In this document: positions 12,531-26,093 of the stretch, one piece after another
How positions within the stretch are numbered: position 1 is the first letter of the stretch
How the letters are laid out: every line of letters starts with the position of its first letter
Assembly (NCBI RefSeq): GCF_006345805.1
Contig: NC_042998.1
Span: forward strand, 31,310,001-31,374,000
Source: Octopus sinensis
Taxonomy: Eukaryota
Direction: 5' to 3'
Length of the DNA: 64,000 nucleotides
The notes under the pieces: model-generated
The model's database searches: none
What the model was told of the DNA's origin: nothing
Seen by the model: the letters and a program-made list of their open reading frames with translations, nothing else
Program-made: the position numbers and the translations under genes

Positions 12531-14763
12531 TGCATTTATGTGATATATATAATTATATATATTTTGCTTTGTCGTAAAGAAAGGCAGTGCTTATGAATCT
12601 TTACTGGTTGTCTAATTCCTGTAGGAGAGATGAAGAATGTATTCTCAAACCAGAGACATGATTCAGATGCTTGCAGTTGATTGAACTCTGTTGAAGACAC
12701 CCAAAAGCAAGGCAGTGGTGTTAAATTGAGTGCTGTATTAAATCTACCACACAAACAGATTATAATGAGATTTCCACTCAGAATGCAAAGAACAAGTACT
12801 ACAATGTACCTTACCTGACAATCAAATGATTTTGCTAGTCTACCACTCTAGACAAATCCTTTATTGATTCTGAAAGGATGAAAGGTGTTGCTGATCTTGA
12901 CAAGATTTGATCTCAGAATACAAAAACACTTTGATGGTCTTTTGACTCTGTGAATTTGCCATCAGCATGAGACTGGGAATAGAACAGAAAGAGATAAAAT
13001 GAGATATAGTAAATAATCCAAGAAAATAAGAGCCAGTAATATTCTGGTCCAATTACATAAGCTTCTCTATGAAATAGGATAAAACTTGTCTAGAAAATAT
13101 GACATTTAAGTATATACCATATTTGGTGGTGTGATGGTGTATGCTCTAGTAGTTAGAGTTCTATGCAATCTCTTTGACACCTGCTGTGTTGTACACTTTG
13201 CACCTGTTCAGGTAATATTGATTTGATGACAGGAGTGAGCTTACGTACAATATAAATATTTGATCACTATAAGCAAATCATTTATGCAGGTTGTTCAGCA
13301 AAAATTGCAGAATCATCTTCCTCAGACTACGAGAGACCACCATGGTCATGGTCATCTTTATATTTGATCTCATATAAGATGCACTTTTTTTTACTTTCCA
13401 AAATAATGTCTCAAAGCAAATCACCCTTGCTGCCATATGTGAAGTTGGATCTACATCACATGTTTTTAAATGTAACAAAAATTATTTTTTCTGATTATGT
13501 ACTGCTGAAATTGAAATGTTTCTAATATTCTCATGCAACTCTTGTATGTTATCAGATATGCTAAACCCTTGAAAAACTTTCCTGTAACATTTTGCTTAAC
13601 TAGTTCGTTAGTGAATATAAAATTTTATGTTCTTTCTGTGTACCTCTAATTTATTTTGTGATAATGAAATCATGCTCTATCCTCTCTGAACCACTTATAT
13701 CACCCCACCCTGCTGTTTCACCATCTATTTCTCTTGGTCTCTGTCTTTCTCTTCAACTGAAGTAGTCAAGTATCTCCTCTATAGTTACCTATTTCTATCC
13801 CTCTATTATACTCTAACCTCTCACCTGGCACAAAGCCACTTCCACTGGTTCAACTTCCTCTCACAGCTGAGAGGTCTTTGCCTGACAAGTTGCTTGGTAA
13901 CCCCTCTGGTGTTGGTGCCACAAAAAAAGAATCACTCACTATATTCAGTAAAGTAGCTTGTGTTAGGAAGTCCATCCAGCAATAGCAACCATGCCAAAGC
14001 AGACAATGGATCCGGGTGCAGCTCTCCAGCCTTGCCAGCTCCTGTCAAACCCTTCAACCTATGAAAGACATATATTAAATGATGATGGGTGTAATTTTAG
14101 GTGTGTTTAATTTTCCTATGTTTATGATTTTTTTTGGTGTGTATGCACATCATCATTGTCATCATCATATGACATCCATTTTCCGTGCTGGCATGGGTTG
14201 GATGGCTTGACAGAAGCCGGCAAGCCTGAGAGCTGCACAAGGCTGCAGTTGTTTATTTTGGCACGGTTTCTATGACTGGATGCCCTTCTTAATGCCAGTC
14301 ATTTTACAAAGTGTACTGTGTACTTTTAATGTGGCGCCAGTGTCAGTGCTTTTAATGTGGCACCAACACCAGTGCTTCTTAAGTGACATTAGCACCAATG
14401 CTTTTTTACATGGTGCCAACACAGGTACTTTCCATGTAGTGCCAACATGGGTGCTTTTTATGTGGTACCAGCACCTGTGGGGTCACCAAGTAGCTTGCAA
14501 GACAAGGACCTCTCAGCTGTGAAGGGGAGGTGAACTGAGAGAAGTGGCTGTGTCCCAGGCAAGAGGTTGGAGTATGACAGAGGGACAGGAGAGGGGTAGC
14601 TGTCTTACTACAGAGGAGGTACTTGGCTACTCCTGTAGGTCAAGGACTATGTTTCACAATATCTTCTATATAAAGATAGTCTTGTTAACATATAATTTAA
14701 GTTTCCTGGACACTTATATTTTCAATGTGTTACAAATCTAATTATTCTTTTGTGTTTTTGCAG

Positions 14764-14922
14764 GATGTACTTATGATTCGTGGAGTAACTGGGGAGAATG
14801 TAGTAAAAGTTGTGATATTGGTAACCGTATTCGTATCAGAGAACGTTTTAAAGGAAAAGGAAATGAGCTATGTAACCTGCCTTTAGAGCAATCAAGTGAC
14901 TGCAATTTTGACCCTTGCAAAG
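14764..14922 (+). CDS. Exon: TSR 1
   Basis: ttttgcAG|..AAAG|GTAAC; GCTYDSWSNWGECSKSCDIGNRIRIRERFKGKGNELCNLPLEQSSDCNFDPCK (WxxW, CSxSC, RxR, 6 Cys). Confidence 0.93.
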
Positions 14923-16505
14923 GTAACTATTATTAAAAACAAGCGTTAAATAAATGCTTAAAATAGCTATGCATTGGCACAGGAGTGGTTGTGTGGTAAG
15001 TAACTTGCTTATCTCATTGTGCATGAACGAATCAGAGTTGTGTTTGACACTGAGGCTGTAAGACGTGTTTTTAAAGCCATCTTAGATTTTTTGGGGTCTA
15101 GTGTGGGCCTATTGTTTGCTGCAATTATTTTTTTACAAACAAGAAATCCTCACCGGATTCTAGTCTATCTGCGGCTGAGTGAACATTTTTTTTCACTTAA
15201 TTGTGAAAATTATTGTTTTGGTGGGCGTATCCTGTCACAAAATTTTGTTTGAGAATAGTGTTTGTCCAGGAATAACTCCGTGGGAATTTTTAGAAAAGAT
15301 TTCAACAATATTGTTCCTGTCAAGGAGTACCTATGAGAAGAAAAGTGGAATGATTTTTCAGCAATTAACTGTTTAACAATATATATGTGTGTGTGTGCGT
15401 GTGGTTATATATATGTATGTGTGTGTATATGTTTGTGTGTCTGTTTTATCCCCCACCCCAACATCGCTTGACAACCAATGCTGGTGTGTTTACGTCGCCA
15501 TAACTTAGCAGTTTGGCAATAAGAGACCACTAGAATAAATACTAGGCTTACAAAGAGTAAGTCATGGGGTCAGTTTGCTCGACTAAAGGCGGTGCTCCAG
15601 CATGGTGCAGTCAAATAACTGAAACAAGTAAAAGAGTTAGGAGTTATAGTATATTTAAGGTCTGGTTTACATAAGATTAACATACATCATATAAAAAGAA
15701 TTTTAAATAGGTTCTATGAATATTCAAAATTCAGTTCAGTAACTGGTAACCACAACATTGAAAACACTGCATCTTGTCTTTCTGTTGGGACCTGTAAAAG
15801 TTGTGAATGAAAACTCTCTTCCTGGAGTAAAATTTAAAATAAAACCATTATTTAATTCTAACTCACTTCTGTATGGTGATACATGTTATTTAATTAATGA
15901 AAGGACAGTAGATTAGTAGAAATATAAAAGACAGTGGGTTAGGAAAAATACCAAGTTGTATTTAGTTGTCTCTCTGCATTAAGGGTCCTTTTTGTACCTT
16001 AACAAGTCTATGGAATAGTAATGAAAGGATTGGTGAGCTCTCATATGACAGCTGCCTTTTTTAGTCCCTTCAGTCCTTTTTTAGTCCCTAATTCTGTGTG
16101 TGTGAAAAAGTTTGGGAGAGAAGAAACAAGCCCTGTTCTTGACTGGTGCTTTATTTATTTATACCAAGGGTATTATAGAAAAGTTGATATCAGTGAAATT
16201 TGAACTCATAGTACAGAGAACCAGAACGATTATTGATGCATTCTGACCAGTGTTCTGATGATTCTACTTTCCACCAGCTTACATTGATTTCAATTCCCTT
16301 TAGTATTGCTTTGTCTTCTCTTACAAGAAAGTTAAAATTCCATATACTACTTGGGTTGATCCAGTTACCTATACTCTCCTTCTCCATATAAAAAGACTGT
16401 AACCGTATGCCAATATAATAAACCATTACAAAAAATGTATTTTTTTAGCTAGACACAGTTGCAACTAGAAGACCTAATTTATCAAATCATTATTTCATTG
16501 AAGGT

Positions 16506-16941
16506 CAGTAGCGAGCTGGCAGAATTGTTAGCATGCTGGACAAAATGCTTAGCAGTATTTTTCCCATCATTATGTTCTGAGTTCAAATTCCGCCATGGTC
16601 GACTTTGCTTTTCATCTTTTTGGGATTGATAAATTAAGTACCAGTGAAACACTGGGGTTGATGTAATCAACTATCCCTGCCCACAAAATGGCTGCCTTTG
16701 TAGCAAAATTTGAATCCTATTTAAAAAAAGGTGGTGAGCTGGTAGAATCATTAGGACACTGGGCAAAATGTTTAGTGGTATTTCGCCCGTCACTACCTTC
16801 TGAGTTCAAATTCTGCTGAGGCTGACTTTGCCTTTCATCCTTTTGGGGTTGATAAATTAAGTACCAGTTGAGTACTGGGGTCGATGTAATCGACTTACCC
16901 CCTCCCCACAAATTTCAGGCCTTGTGCCTTTAGTAGAAAGG
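16506..16941 (+). mobile_element. Tandem dimer of family-2 tRNA-derived SINEs inside one 17-bp TSD
   Basis: Two GCGAGCTGGCAGAA..GAGTTCAAATTC heads; ATTATTTCATTGAAGGT at 16489-16505 and 16942-16958. Confidence 0.8.
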
Positions 16942-17081
16942 ATTATTTCATTGAAGGTTTAAAATAATTTCATCTTTGATCCTAATAAATATTGTCCAAT
17001 TTTTTTTTGTAAATTTTGTTATTATTATGATTGTTATTTCTTGTAATATATATATATATATACCTATATATCTTTAATTAG

Positions 17082-17249
17082 GAAAACCATCTTGGTCTAC
17101 TTGGAATTCGTGGAGCGAGTGCTCTACTACTTGTGGTGTTGGTTCTCAAAAACGACAAAGAATTTGCAATTATGGTTTGTTAAATGAAGAGTGCACTGGG
17201 GAAGCAGTTCAACTCCAAGCATGTGTGACAGCTAAGTGTGAAGGCAATG
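17082..17249 (+). CDS. Exon: TSR 2
   Basis: ttaattAG|..AATG|GTAATA; GKPSWSTWNSWSECSTTCGVGSQKRQRICNYGLLNEECTGEAVQLQACVTAKCEGN. Confidence 0.92.
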
Positions 17250-17885
17250 GTAATATTCCTTGTTTTATGAAGTTTGTAATCAAATTTCAAATTTATTTTG
17301 AAATTTCATTAATAATTTCTATTAATTATGTTTTTTAACCCTTTACCATTCAGGCTTCCTGTTAAATGTAATGCTTTTCTTTTCACATTATCTTGTAGCT
17401 TTGAGATTTCAACGATGTGATTGTTTATTTTCAGAATGATATTAGGGCAGATGTGAGAAACTAGAACATAAAATGGGTAGAATATTTTGGTTGGATATGG
17501 CTGCTTTAAATGCTAAAGGGTTGTGGGTTGACTTATTTGTTGACACAGTACTTTTTATAGGGGATATCCTTCTTACTGATAACCATTTGTGTAGTAGGAG
17601 AGATACTTAACTTTTGTTTAGTCAGGAAAACTGATGCAAACATAATTAGCAGCACCTTTATTCAGAGACACAATACTATGATAGAAATAAGATCTGAGAA
17701 TTATATAGAATCAATAGTCTAACAACTTTAAAATAACTTACTTGATTGGCACTTTATTTATTGATCCATTGAGGATGAAAGTAAAGTCAACCTCAGTTAT
17801 TTGGCTATCTTATTTTTCTTGCTGTATAAAATTCAAATGGTATGTATGATATTCCAAGACAGGAATTATATTTAAAAATATTTAA

Positions 17886-18105
17886 CCCTTTTGTTACTGT
17901 ATTTATTTTGAGATGCTCTGTGTGTCTTTCAGTTACTTTAAATATAACAAAGAATTTAGTAAAATAACTTAGCTATCATTCAGCTAGTGATAAGAACATA
18001 AATTGTGACTAAGGTTTGGTGGAAGATTTTAATTCCAAACTTATGAAAACAAGACATTTGAACTCAGAGCTAGAGCCGGCTTCAGCCAGGTTGGTAATGA
18101 AAGGG
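17886..18105. mobile_element. piggyBac-type MITE (TTAA target)
   Basis: TTAA|CCCTTTTGTTAC ... GTAATGAAAGGG|TTAA; a partial second copy lies at ~21500-21673. A related TTAA-MITE family occurs at ~17339-17520, 26128-26283 and 40997-41190. Confidence 0.8.
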
Positions 18106-19868
18106 TTAAAGTGATATTTTATACTTTTATGCATTATTTTGTATACTTTATGAATCATATTTGTGAACAGAATGGTCACAAATGTTTAACTAAATCATAG
18201 CTTAGCACAATCCATTATAACTGTTATAAGGTCCAATAATGGACTATGCTATGGGTAGAGTCTAAGAATTAGAAGGCCTTGCTAAAGCAGGTGAGTAACA
18301 AATAAGTAAAAAGGCATAAATATCTAACTCAGGTAGAACATATAGATCTAAGGTTAAAGAAAAGAAATTAAAAATGCAATGTCTGCAAGAGGTGTTAACT
18401 TCCTTCTGGTGGTCCAGAAAACAGTGGAAATTTCCCTTTAAAAATCTCACTAGATTCTTTACTACAGAGATTGCATTGAGCTTGATTACCTTGATATGGC
18501 CACCTTGATATGTCTATTATTAAAACAGGCAAGTTAAACATTAAAAATATCACACTTATGTAATGTATGCATTCTACTATTGCTGTTGCAGTGAATGGTA
18601 TGACTAGAATAAGAATTACATTTTCTATTAGTATCATAGGAGGTGCTGTGAATGATAATTGCTAAGCTTGACATTCATATGTTTAACCTTATAACACATA
18701 TTGGGCATAAGACAGTTATTTGATCTATCTGATTCCATATTTTTCTGGCTTTAGAGGAAAGTTTAAAGTATATTTGGACTGTTTATATCCTTAACTAGGG
18801 AGCTGTCCCTGTCCAAACTGCTGGGGATTGTTGTTCTCCTTTTGGGCTTGAGACAATTCTTACTGGAATCCAGTGCATTCTAGAACTTATGGTGAATAGC
18901 ATCATAACCACCTTTTTCAAAGGTGTTATTTTCTGTGTATTCAAGAAGTACATTTTGTGTTGCTATTGTTAATGTTATTCGTGTTTGTATTGAACCATGT
19001 TAATTTTTGTTAATAACAATTTAAAAATGTGCTGTTAATATTTTAAAAACGTGTTCTTGGTTTTTGTATTTGTATCATGTTAAGGTATTTTTGTTGTTTA
19101 TTCATTGTTACTGTTTAGAAGAGATTGTCATTAAAGAGAAATAATGCTGTGGTTTCTTGCAGATGAAGTGACTCCATGATGGTTTCATTATGATGTAAAA
19201 TAATAGGTCTTATTTAATGAATTACAGTAATTTTTAAAGAAACAACGACAATATCATATTTATATATTTATTTTGCAAAATTCCTGATGTGGAATAGTGT
19301 GTTGAAACAAATATTGTTATATTTTGGGATGGTCATTTATTTTTTTTACCAAATAAACACACACACTATATATTCGTTCTTCATTTCAGCTTTATTATTA
19401 TTCTTTGTGTCTTTTGTTTTAAATCTTTTGTCACATATCCCGTGACTTCTTCACCAACTCTCAATCCCACATGTCTCCTCCTTTCATAATAGATTTAAGA
19501 CAAAGGACACAAGAATAAGAACGATAATAATGTCATAGTAAAAATAAACAATCACATTATTGTAATCTTGAAGCTACAAGATAATGCATTACTGCTTCAA
19601 AACAATGTGAATAAATATTACATGTGACAGAGTAATCTGAATGCTGTGAAGGGTTCACCAATGCCAAAATGCTTAACAGCACACATTCACCTTCATATTA
19701 AATATTATAGATTTACTTTTAGTTTTTATTGTAATTTTTTATTATTTATTTTGAAATTTATAAACTGTAATAATCTTAAAGTAAAGGAGTAATCGATAAT
19801 AATTAATGTTAAATATAAATTTACTCATAAATCTCAGAGCGAGTTATAAACAGTAGCTACAACACATC

Positions 19869-20136
19869 GTGACGTATATTTACCATTTAAATATGGCTAA
19901 CCCCTAAGGGTGGATGCTACTGTAGTTTGTAGCCCCAGGAGGACACCTTCTCCAGCTGGCTATAGACGTGTGTATCATAAGTTGAAGACGGGAAGGATGG
20001 CTTCCCTTTGCAAATACTGATAGGGCACAGAAAGTGTGTCTATAACCAGCTGGAGGAGGTGTCCTCCTGGGGCTACAAACTACAGTAGCATCCACCCTTA
20101 GGGGTTAGCCATATTTAAATGGCAAATATACGTCAC
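19869..20136. mobile_element. Foldback MITE, 268 bp, ~98-bp near-perfect inverted arms
   Basis: GTGACGTATATTTACCATTTAAATATGGCTAACCCCTAAGGGTGGATGC.. is mirrored at 20038-20136; TA follows the right end. Confidence 0.85.
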
Positions 20137-20619
20137 TAAATTTACTCAGTTTTCTCTTAAGTTCTCAAACATATATACATGTATGTATAAACGAGTGAAT
20201 GAATGAAAGAAGCCTCTTGTGTGAATGTGTATGTGTTTTGGAATAAGTTTTTATTCCCATGGATTTCAATGTATTTGCCATGTATTTGCAAACAGTGGCA
20301 TCCTGACAGTATTGTTTGATTGCATTACTCTGTCAAAGATGCCCAAGCTTCTCCATTTGTTTTGATATGTTGTATGATGTTTGTAAATAAAAAGTTTATT
20401 CATAGGGTGTTGCTTGCTTCCAGTTCTATTTGTTGTTTGATAGACTGAATGTTTATTACCTCACTTGGAAACATGAGGGTTGGCAACAGGAAGGGCAAGC
20501 ATACAAATTTAAATTCTTTGTCTTTGTTTTTTATTGTATGTAGAGTTCAATAAAAATTTTAAGATTGATTCTTTTCAGTATACTCATATATATATATATT
20601 TTTTTTTTTTTAATTTTAG

Positions 20620-20869
20620 AAACTTGTAAAGATGGAAAAGTTTGGTCTGATTGTGCAAATGCTTGTCCAATGACATGCATGGATCACAAAATTGGGGAAA
20701 ATGTATGCCAGCAGTCTGACACTTGTATACCTGGATGTGCATGTCCTTCTGGATTCCTCGAAGAAAATGGTCACTGTGTTGAGGTTAGCAAGTGTTTCTG
20801 TCATGACAAAGATGGAACATCAATTCTTGAAAACTTTGAAGCAAAATCTCAATTCTCTTGTCAGAAATG
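20620..20869 (+). CDS. Exon: TIL domain (10 Cys) plus start of TILa
   Basis: ttttAG|AAACTTGT..AAATG|GTAGGA; ETCKDGKVWSDCANACPMTC...CIPGCACPSGFLEENGHCVEVSKCFC...SCQK(C). Confidence 0.93.
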
Positions 20870-20983
20870 GTAGGAATTTGGATGCATTTTTCTATTTACT
20901 AATTTATTAATTTTTTTTGAATAGTTTGAAATTAATGCTCCAATTAATATTACTAACTTTACATTTTGTATTTAATGTTTTAG

Positions 20984-21030
20984 CTTATGTTCTAATGGTA
21001 CCATTGAATGCCTCAACATAACGAAGAACT
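20984..21030 (+). CDS. Exon: TILa end (47 nt)
   Basis: ttttAG|C TTA TGT..AAC T|GTAAGT; CLCSNGTIECLNITKN(C); same length and phases as exon 10439-10485. Confidence 0.9.
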
Positions 21031-23164
21031 GTAAGTAAAATGATTATTGTTTTGTTTTGTTTGTATTTGCATGAACAAATATATGCTAAATTTTTAATAT
21101 TCATTTACAATTATTATTTGAGAAGTGAAGAGTTAAAAAAATTTCGTATTTGTGTTGGTATATCTGTGTGTTTTGCATTCTGATTATCTTAGGGTTTAAG
21201 ATTTGATTTTAACCTGTTGGTGAGAAGTCAATAAGAAATAGACTTTTGATAAAGAAGTCAATCAAAAATATTTCTGTGCATTTTGACACTTAAAAGTAGT
21301 TTGTAAAAATAAAATTGTGTGCTTGGTAATGCTCATGTTCTCCTAAATACTTTCTTAACTGTCAGTGGTATTTGTCAGATAAATAATTAGAGACTGGTAT
21401 CTTTTAAAGCATTGTTTATGATAAAATAGGCAAAAGTAGTGGTTCTTGATGTTTTCTTTGTTAAGGGTTCCCACTGCCTTCTTTAATTGCATTTGCTCAA
21501 TTTAAAATATAACAAAGAATTTAGTAAAATAACTTAGTTATCATTAAGCTAGTGTTAGGAACATAAATTATGACTAAGGTTTGGTGGAAGATTTTAATTC
21601 AGAACTTTTGAAAATGAGACATTTGTTCTACAGAGGCAGAGGCAGTTTCAGGTGGGTTGGTATCAAAAGGGTGAGTGAAACTATTGAAACTGCTTTGTTG
21701 ATACTTTATTCTAAATTTCAGGTGAAACAGCAGACTGTTTTAAATATAAACTGGGTTTTATATATTGTCTGAAAGAATTATATTATTCTCACAAATTTAG
21801 AAACTACTTTGAAAACATTTCATATCTCTCAGTTTCTAACAGAAAAAAAAATTAACACACACACAGGTGTATATTTTCATGCATATATAATATCATGTTG
21901 GGTGTTGTCATGCATCATTGGTCACAAGGCACTTTGCCTTTAGCTTTTGAATGATGCCACTTTGCTGGATCAGAAGACTATTTTGTCAGTGTTACACATT
22001 TACAACTGAGCAGACAGGAACAATGTGAAATGAAGTGGTTTGCTCAAGAATACAATGTGCCACCTGGTCTGGGATATATTTCTGTGATTGTATATGTATA
22101 TAAATACATGAGTGTGTGTTTATATATATCACATATATATATTATATTAATATATATTGTGCTGGTGGCATGTAAAAAGCACATATTCTTATTCTAGCAG
22201 CTACACTTTCAGCACACCCACCTCCGCTACTGACTTGGTCACCTAGGTAATGGAAGCTATCAACTACTTCTAGTTTTTCTCCCTGGAAGTTGGTCTCTGT
22301 GCATTTTCAAGCATGGCCAATGCCGGTGCCACCTGACTGGCTCCCATGCTGGTGGCATATACAAAGCACCCACTACATTCTTGGAGTGGTTGGCATTAGG
22401 AAGGGCATCCAGCTATAGAAACCTTGTTAAGTCAAATTGGAGCCTGGTGCAGCCTCCCAGCTTGCCAGTCCTTAGTCAAACCATCCAACCCATGTCAGCA
22501 TGGAAAGCGGATGTTAAAGGATGGTGATGATGATGATATACATATACACACATATATATATATATATATATGTTATATTCATTATTGAGAAGATGGATTT
22601 GATAGGAATCTTTATTCTGTACAATGTTCGTTTTAACCTGTCCTGCTATTGTTGTTTATGTACGGGACTCCATTCAATGTGTTGCGTTGCATTGATTTTG
22701 CTGTCTGGACCTCATCAGGTACATCAATAAAGTTATATCTCACTAAAGATCTTGAGTGTCAGCTACCATGTTGATTGTTATATGCCCATCTAGTTAGGGA
22801 ATGAATAAAATGCAAAAAAATTCAGATATGCATGTGGAAATCTTGCATTCCTATTTAGCTAAAATGACCTAATCAGCTTTCGCTTTCATAACTGCTTAGA
22901 GGGAAAAGAAAGTAGAAGAAAAAATAGGAAAAACAGGAAAATGGAAATTTAAACAGTTTTGTGTATATACATAGAGACTGACAGACAGACAGCCACACAC
23001 ACACACTGAGATATATTAAAGTTTAATACCAAATCCATCTTCTTGTGACTTAATTAATAAAATTACCCTGATATTGCAGAGTTCCTGAAATAGATCCAAT
23101 GGAAGTGTACCATGACTGTGGAAGACAGCAGGTAGCCTAAACTGTGCTGGTGGTCTACTCAACA

Positions 23165-25678
23165 TTTCATCATCATCATCATCATCATCGTTTAATGTCC
23201 GCTTTCCATGCTAGCATGGGTTGGATGATTTTGACTGAGGGCTGGCGAACCAGATGGCTGCACCAGGCTCCAATCTTGATTTGGCAGAGTTTCTACAGCT
23301 GGATGCCCTTCCTAACGCCAACCACTCTGAGAGTGTAGTGGGCGCTTTTTACGTGCCAGTAAGGCAGTACTGGCAATGACCTCGCTCGAATCTTTTTACG
23401 CATGCCACCAGCACAGGTGCCAGTAAGGCGACGTTGGTAACGATCACACTCGAATGGTGCCCTTTTATGTGCCACTGTCACGGAAGCCAGTTGGTTGCTC
23501 TGGCAATGATCACGCTTAGATGGTGCTCTTGGCACCCTACTTGCATGGGCACAAGTGCCAGTAAGGCGATGCTGGTAATGATCACACTCGAATGGTGCCT
23601 TATATGTGTCACTGGCACGGAAGCTGGTTAACCGCTCTGTCAATGATCACATTCGTATGGTGCTCTTTGCACCCCGCTAGTTCAGATGCCAGTCATCGAA
23701 TGTGATTTTGATTTCACTTGCCCCAACAGGTCTTTGCAAGCAGAGTTTAGTGTCCAAGGAAGGAAAATTTACGCATAAGTGGGCTAGTTACGCTCTTGGC
23801 ATGGGCCACAGGTTATGGTTTCATTTGGCTTGCTGGGTCTTCTCACGCACAGCATATTTCCAAAGGTCTCGGTCACTAGTCATTACCTCGGTGAGGCCTA
23901 AAGTTCGAAGGTCGTGCTTCACCACCTCGTCCCAGGTTTTCCTGGGTCTACCTCTTCCACGTGTTCCCTCAACTGTTACGGATTGGCACTTTTTCACACA
24001 CCTATCTTCATCCATCCTCACCACATGACCATACCAGCGCAATCGTCTCTCTTGCACACCACATCTGATGCTTCTTAGGTCCAACATTTCTCTCAAGGCA
24101 CCTACACTCTGTCGAGTATGCACACTGACATTACACATCCCTTGGATCATACAGACTTCATTCCTTGTGAGCTTACGCATGTCCTCAGCAGTCACCGCCC
24201 ATGTTTCACTACCATGTAGCATGGCTGTTCATACACAAGCGTCATACAGTCTACCTTTTACTCTGAGTGAGAGGCCCTTTGTCGCCAGCAGAAGTAAGAG
24301 CTCTCTGAACTTTGCTCAAGCTATTCTTACTCTAGCAGCTACACTTTTGGCGCACCCACTTCTGCTACTGACTTGGTCCCCTAGGTAACGGAAGCTATCA
24401 ACTACTTCTCGTTTTTCTCCCCGGAATGTGGCGGAAGTTGGTCTCTGCGCATTTTCAGTGTTTATTGCTCCTGTGCATCTGCCACATACAAAAACTGTCT
24501 TCCCAGTGGGCTGTCCTGTGAGCCATGAATTCACTTCATTTGTCGGGTCTTCACAGTCAAAGCATATTGGTTTTTCATCATAGCCTCTGTGAGGCCCAAC
24601 GTTCAAAGGTCATGCTTGACTACATCATCCCATGTCTTCCTGGATTTACCTCTACGCTGGATTCCTTCAACAGTTTGGGAGTGGCACATCTTCACACATC
24701 TCTCCTCATCCACCCATAGTACATGACCATACCAACGCAAACGTCTCTCCTGCATGCCACATCTGATACTTCTTATGTCCAACATTTCTCTTAGGGTGCT
24801 TACAATCTGTCATGCATGGACACTGACATTACACACCCGCGGATCATGCTAGCTTCATTTCTTTCAAGCCTACACATGTCCTCTGCAGTCACAGCCCAGT
24901 TTTCACTACTGTGAAGCATGGCAGTTCACACACATACGTCATACAATCTACCTTTCACTCTGAGCGAGAGACCCTTTGTCGCCAGTAGGGGAAGAAGCTT
25001 TCTAAACTTTGCCCAGGCTATTCTTATTCTAGTGGTAACACTCTCTGAGCATCTACCCCCACTACAACTTGGTCACCTAGGTAGCAGAAACTAGCAACTA
25101 CTTCTAGTTTCTTCACCTGGAGTGTAATGGAATCTGTTTTCTGAGTATCTGTAGTGTCTATTGCCCCTGTGCATCTGCTGCGCACAAAAGCTATATTCTC
25201 GGTTAATTTTCCTTTGATGTTGCTGCACCTCTTATGTGTCCATAGCTTACACTGGGTACATCTTATGGAGTTTCTATCTACACCTTTTCTACAGATCGAG
25301 CAGAGCCACCTACCTAAGGGTGTGTGTGGTGAGTTTGCCTTCCTACTTACTAGAACTTTGGTCTTTGCTACATTGACTCTAAGCCCTTTTGATTCTAAAT
25401 CTAGCTTCCACACACAAAATTTCTTTTCTAGTTCCGGTAGTGATTCTGTTGTGCGGGCCAGGTCATTCAGCATAGAGGAGCTCCCAGGGGCAACCCATCT
25501 TGAATTCCTCTGTTATTGCCTGGAGGACTATGATGAATAAAAGGGGACTGAGGGCTGAACATTGGTGGATGTCTACTTCTACCTGGAATTCTTCACTATA
25601 CTCATTGCCAATCCTAACCTTACTAATGGCCTCTCTGTAAAGGGCCTGTACAGACTTTATTAACCATATATTAACCAT
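23165..25678 (-). mobile_element. Two nested or tandem RTE-clade LINE copies (RT with PHD-like finger, 3' UTR, (CAT)n tail)
   Basis: PWELLYA(D), WLCSIC..C..C..WTHKRC, F.YLG, LHGSETW, RLRWYGHV.RM, RGRGRPRKTW motifs. A younger copy at ~23165-24525 abuts an older 3'-truncated copy at ~24530-25678. Confidence 0.9.
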
Positions 25679-25698
25679 ATGTATATATATGTTATCAG

Positions 25699-25774
25699 GT
25701 TGTAAATATGCTGAATGGACAAGCTGGGGAGCCTGCAGTCAGACATGTGGAGTAGGTGTGAAGCATCGATACAG
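25699..25774 (+). CDS. Exon: TSR 3, first half
   Basis: tatcAG|GTTGT..TACAG|GTGAGG; CKYAEWTSWGACSQTCGVGVKHRY(R); phase 1 to 2. Confidence 0.9.
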
Positions 25775-25943
25775 GTGAGGTTCAAGTTGCACTAATTTTA
25801 ATTGTAGATTAACTTGAGGAGCGCTAAATAACTAATCTTACCTGAGTATGAAATTAAGTCTGGACATTATTAAGAGATAAATACATTTCAGAATGATGCT
25901 TTGAAATACAAGAAATATGGATTGTATTCTTTTCCAATTTCAG

Positions 25944-26093
25944 AAAATTGTTAACCTCAGGAAATAGATGCAATAGTGAATATTTAATTGAAAATAAAAC
26001 ATGTACCATGGGAAATTGTCCATTTGATTGCATAGTAAATGATCTTGGATATAAAAGTGATGACATCATCCGTGAATCTGCCTGTGAGATTTG
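25944..26093 (+). CDS. Exon: TSR 3 second half plus TILa start
   Basis: ccaatttcAG|A AAA..ATT TG|GTAAGA; RKLLTSGNRCNSEYLIENKTCTMGNCPFDCIVNDLGYKSDDIIRESACEI(C); phase 2-2. Confidence 0.9.

Noticed and set aside
15015-15375. Insertion splitting the SINE at ~14981-15640, possibly a LINE RT scrap
   Set aside because: Motif resemblance is too weak to assign by eye, so it is left unclassified.
19163-19357. Possible alternative terminal exon (CAG|AT GAA GTG ACT CCA TGA, AATAAA at 19352) giving a knot-less isoform
   Set aside because: Weak pyrimidine tract and only five codons; such matches are expected by chance in AT-rich introns.
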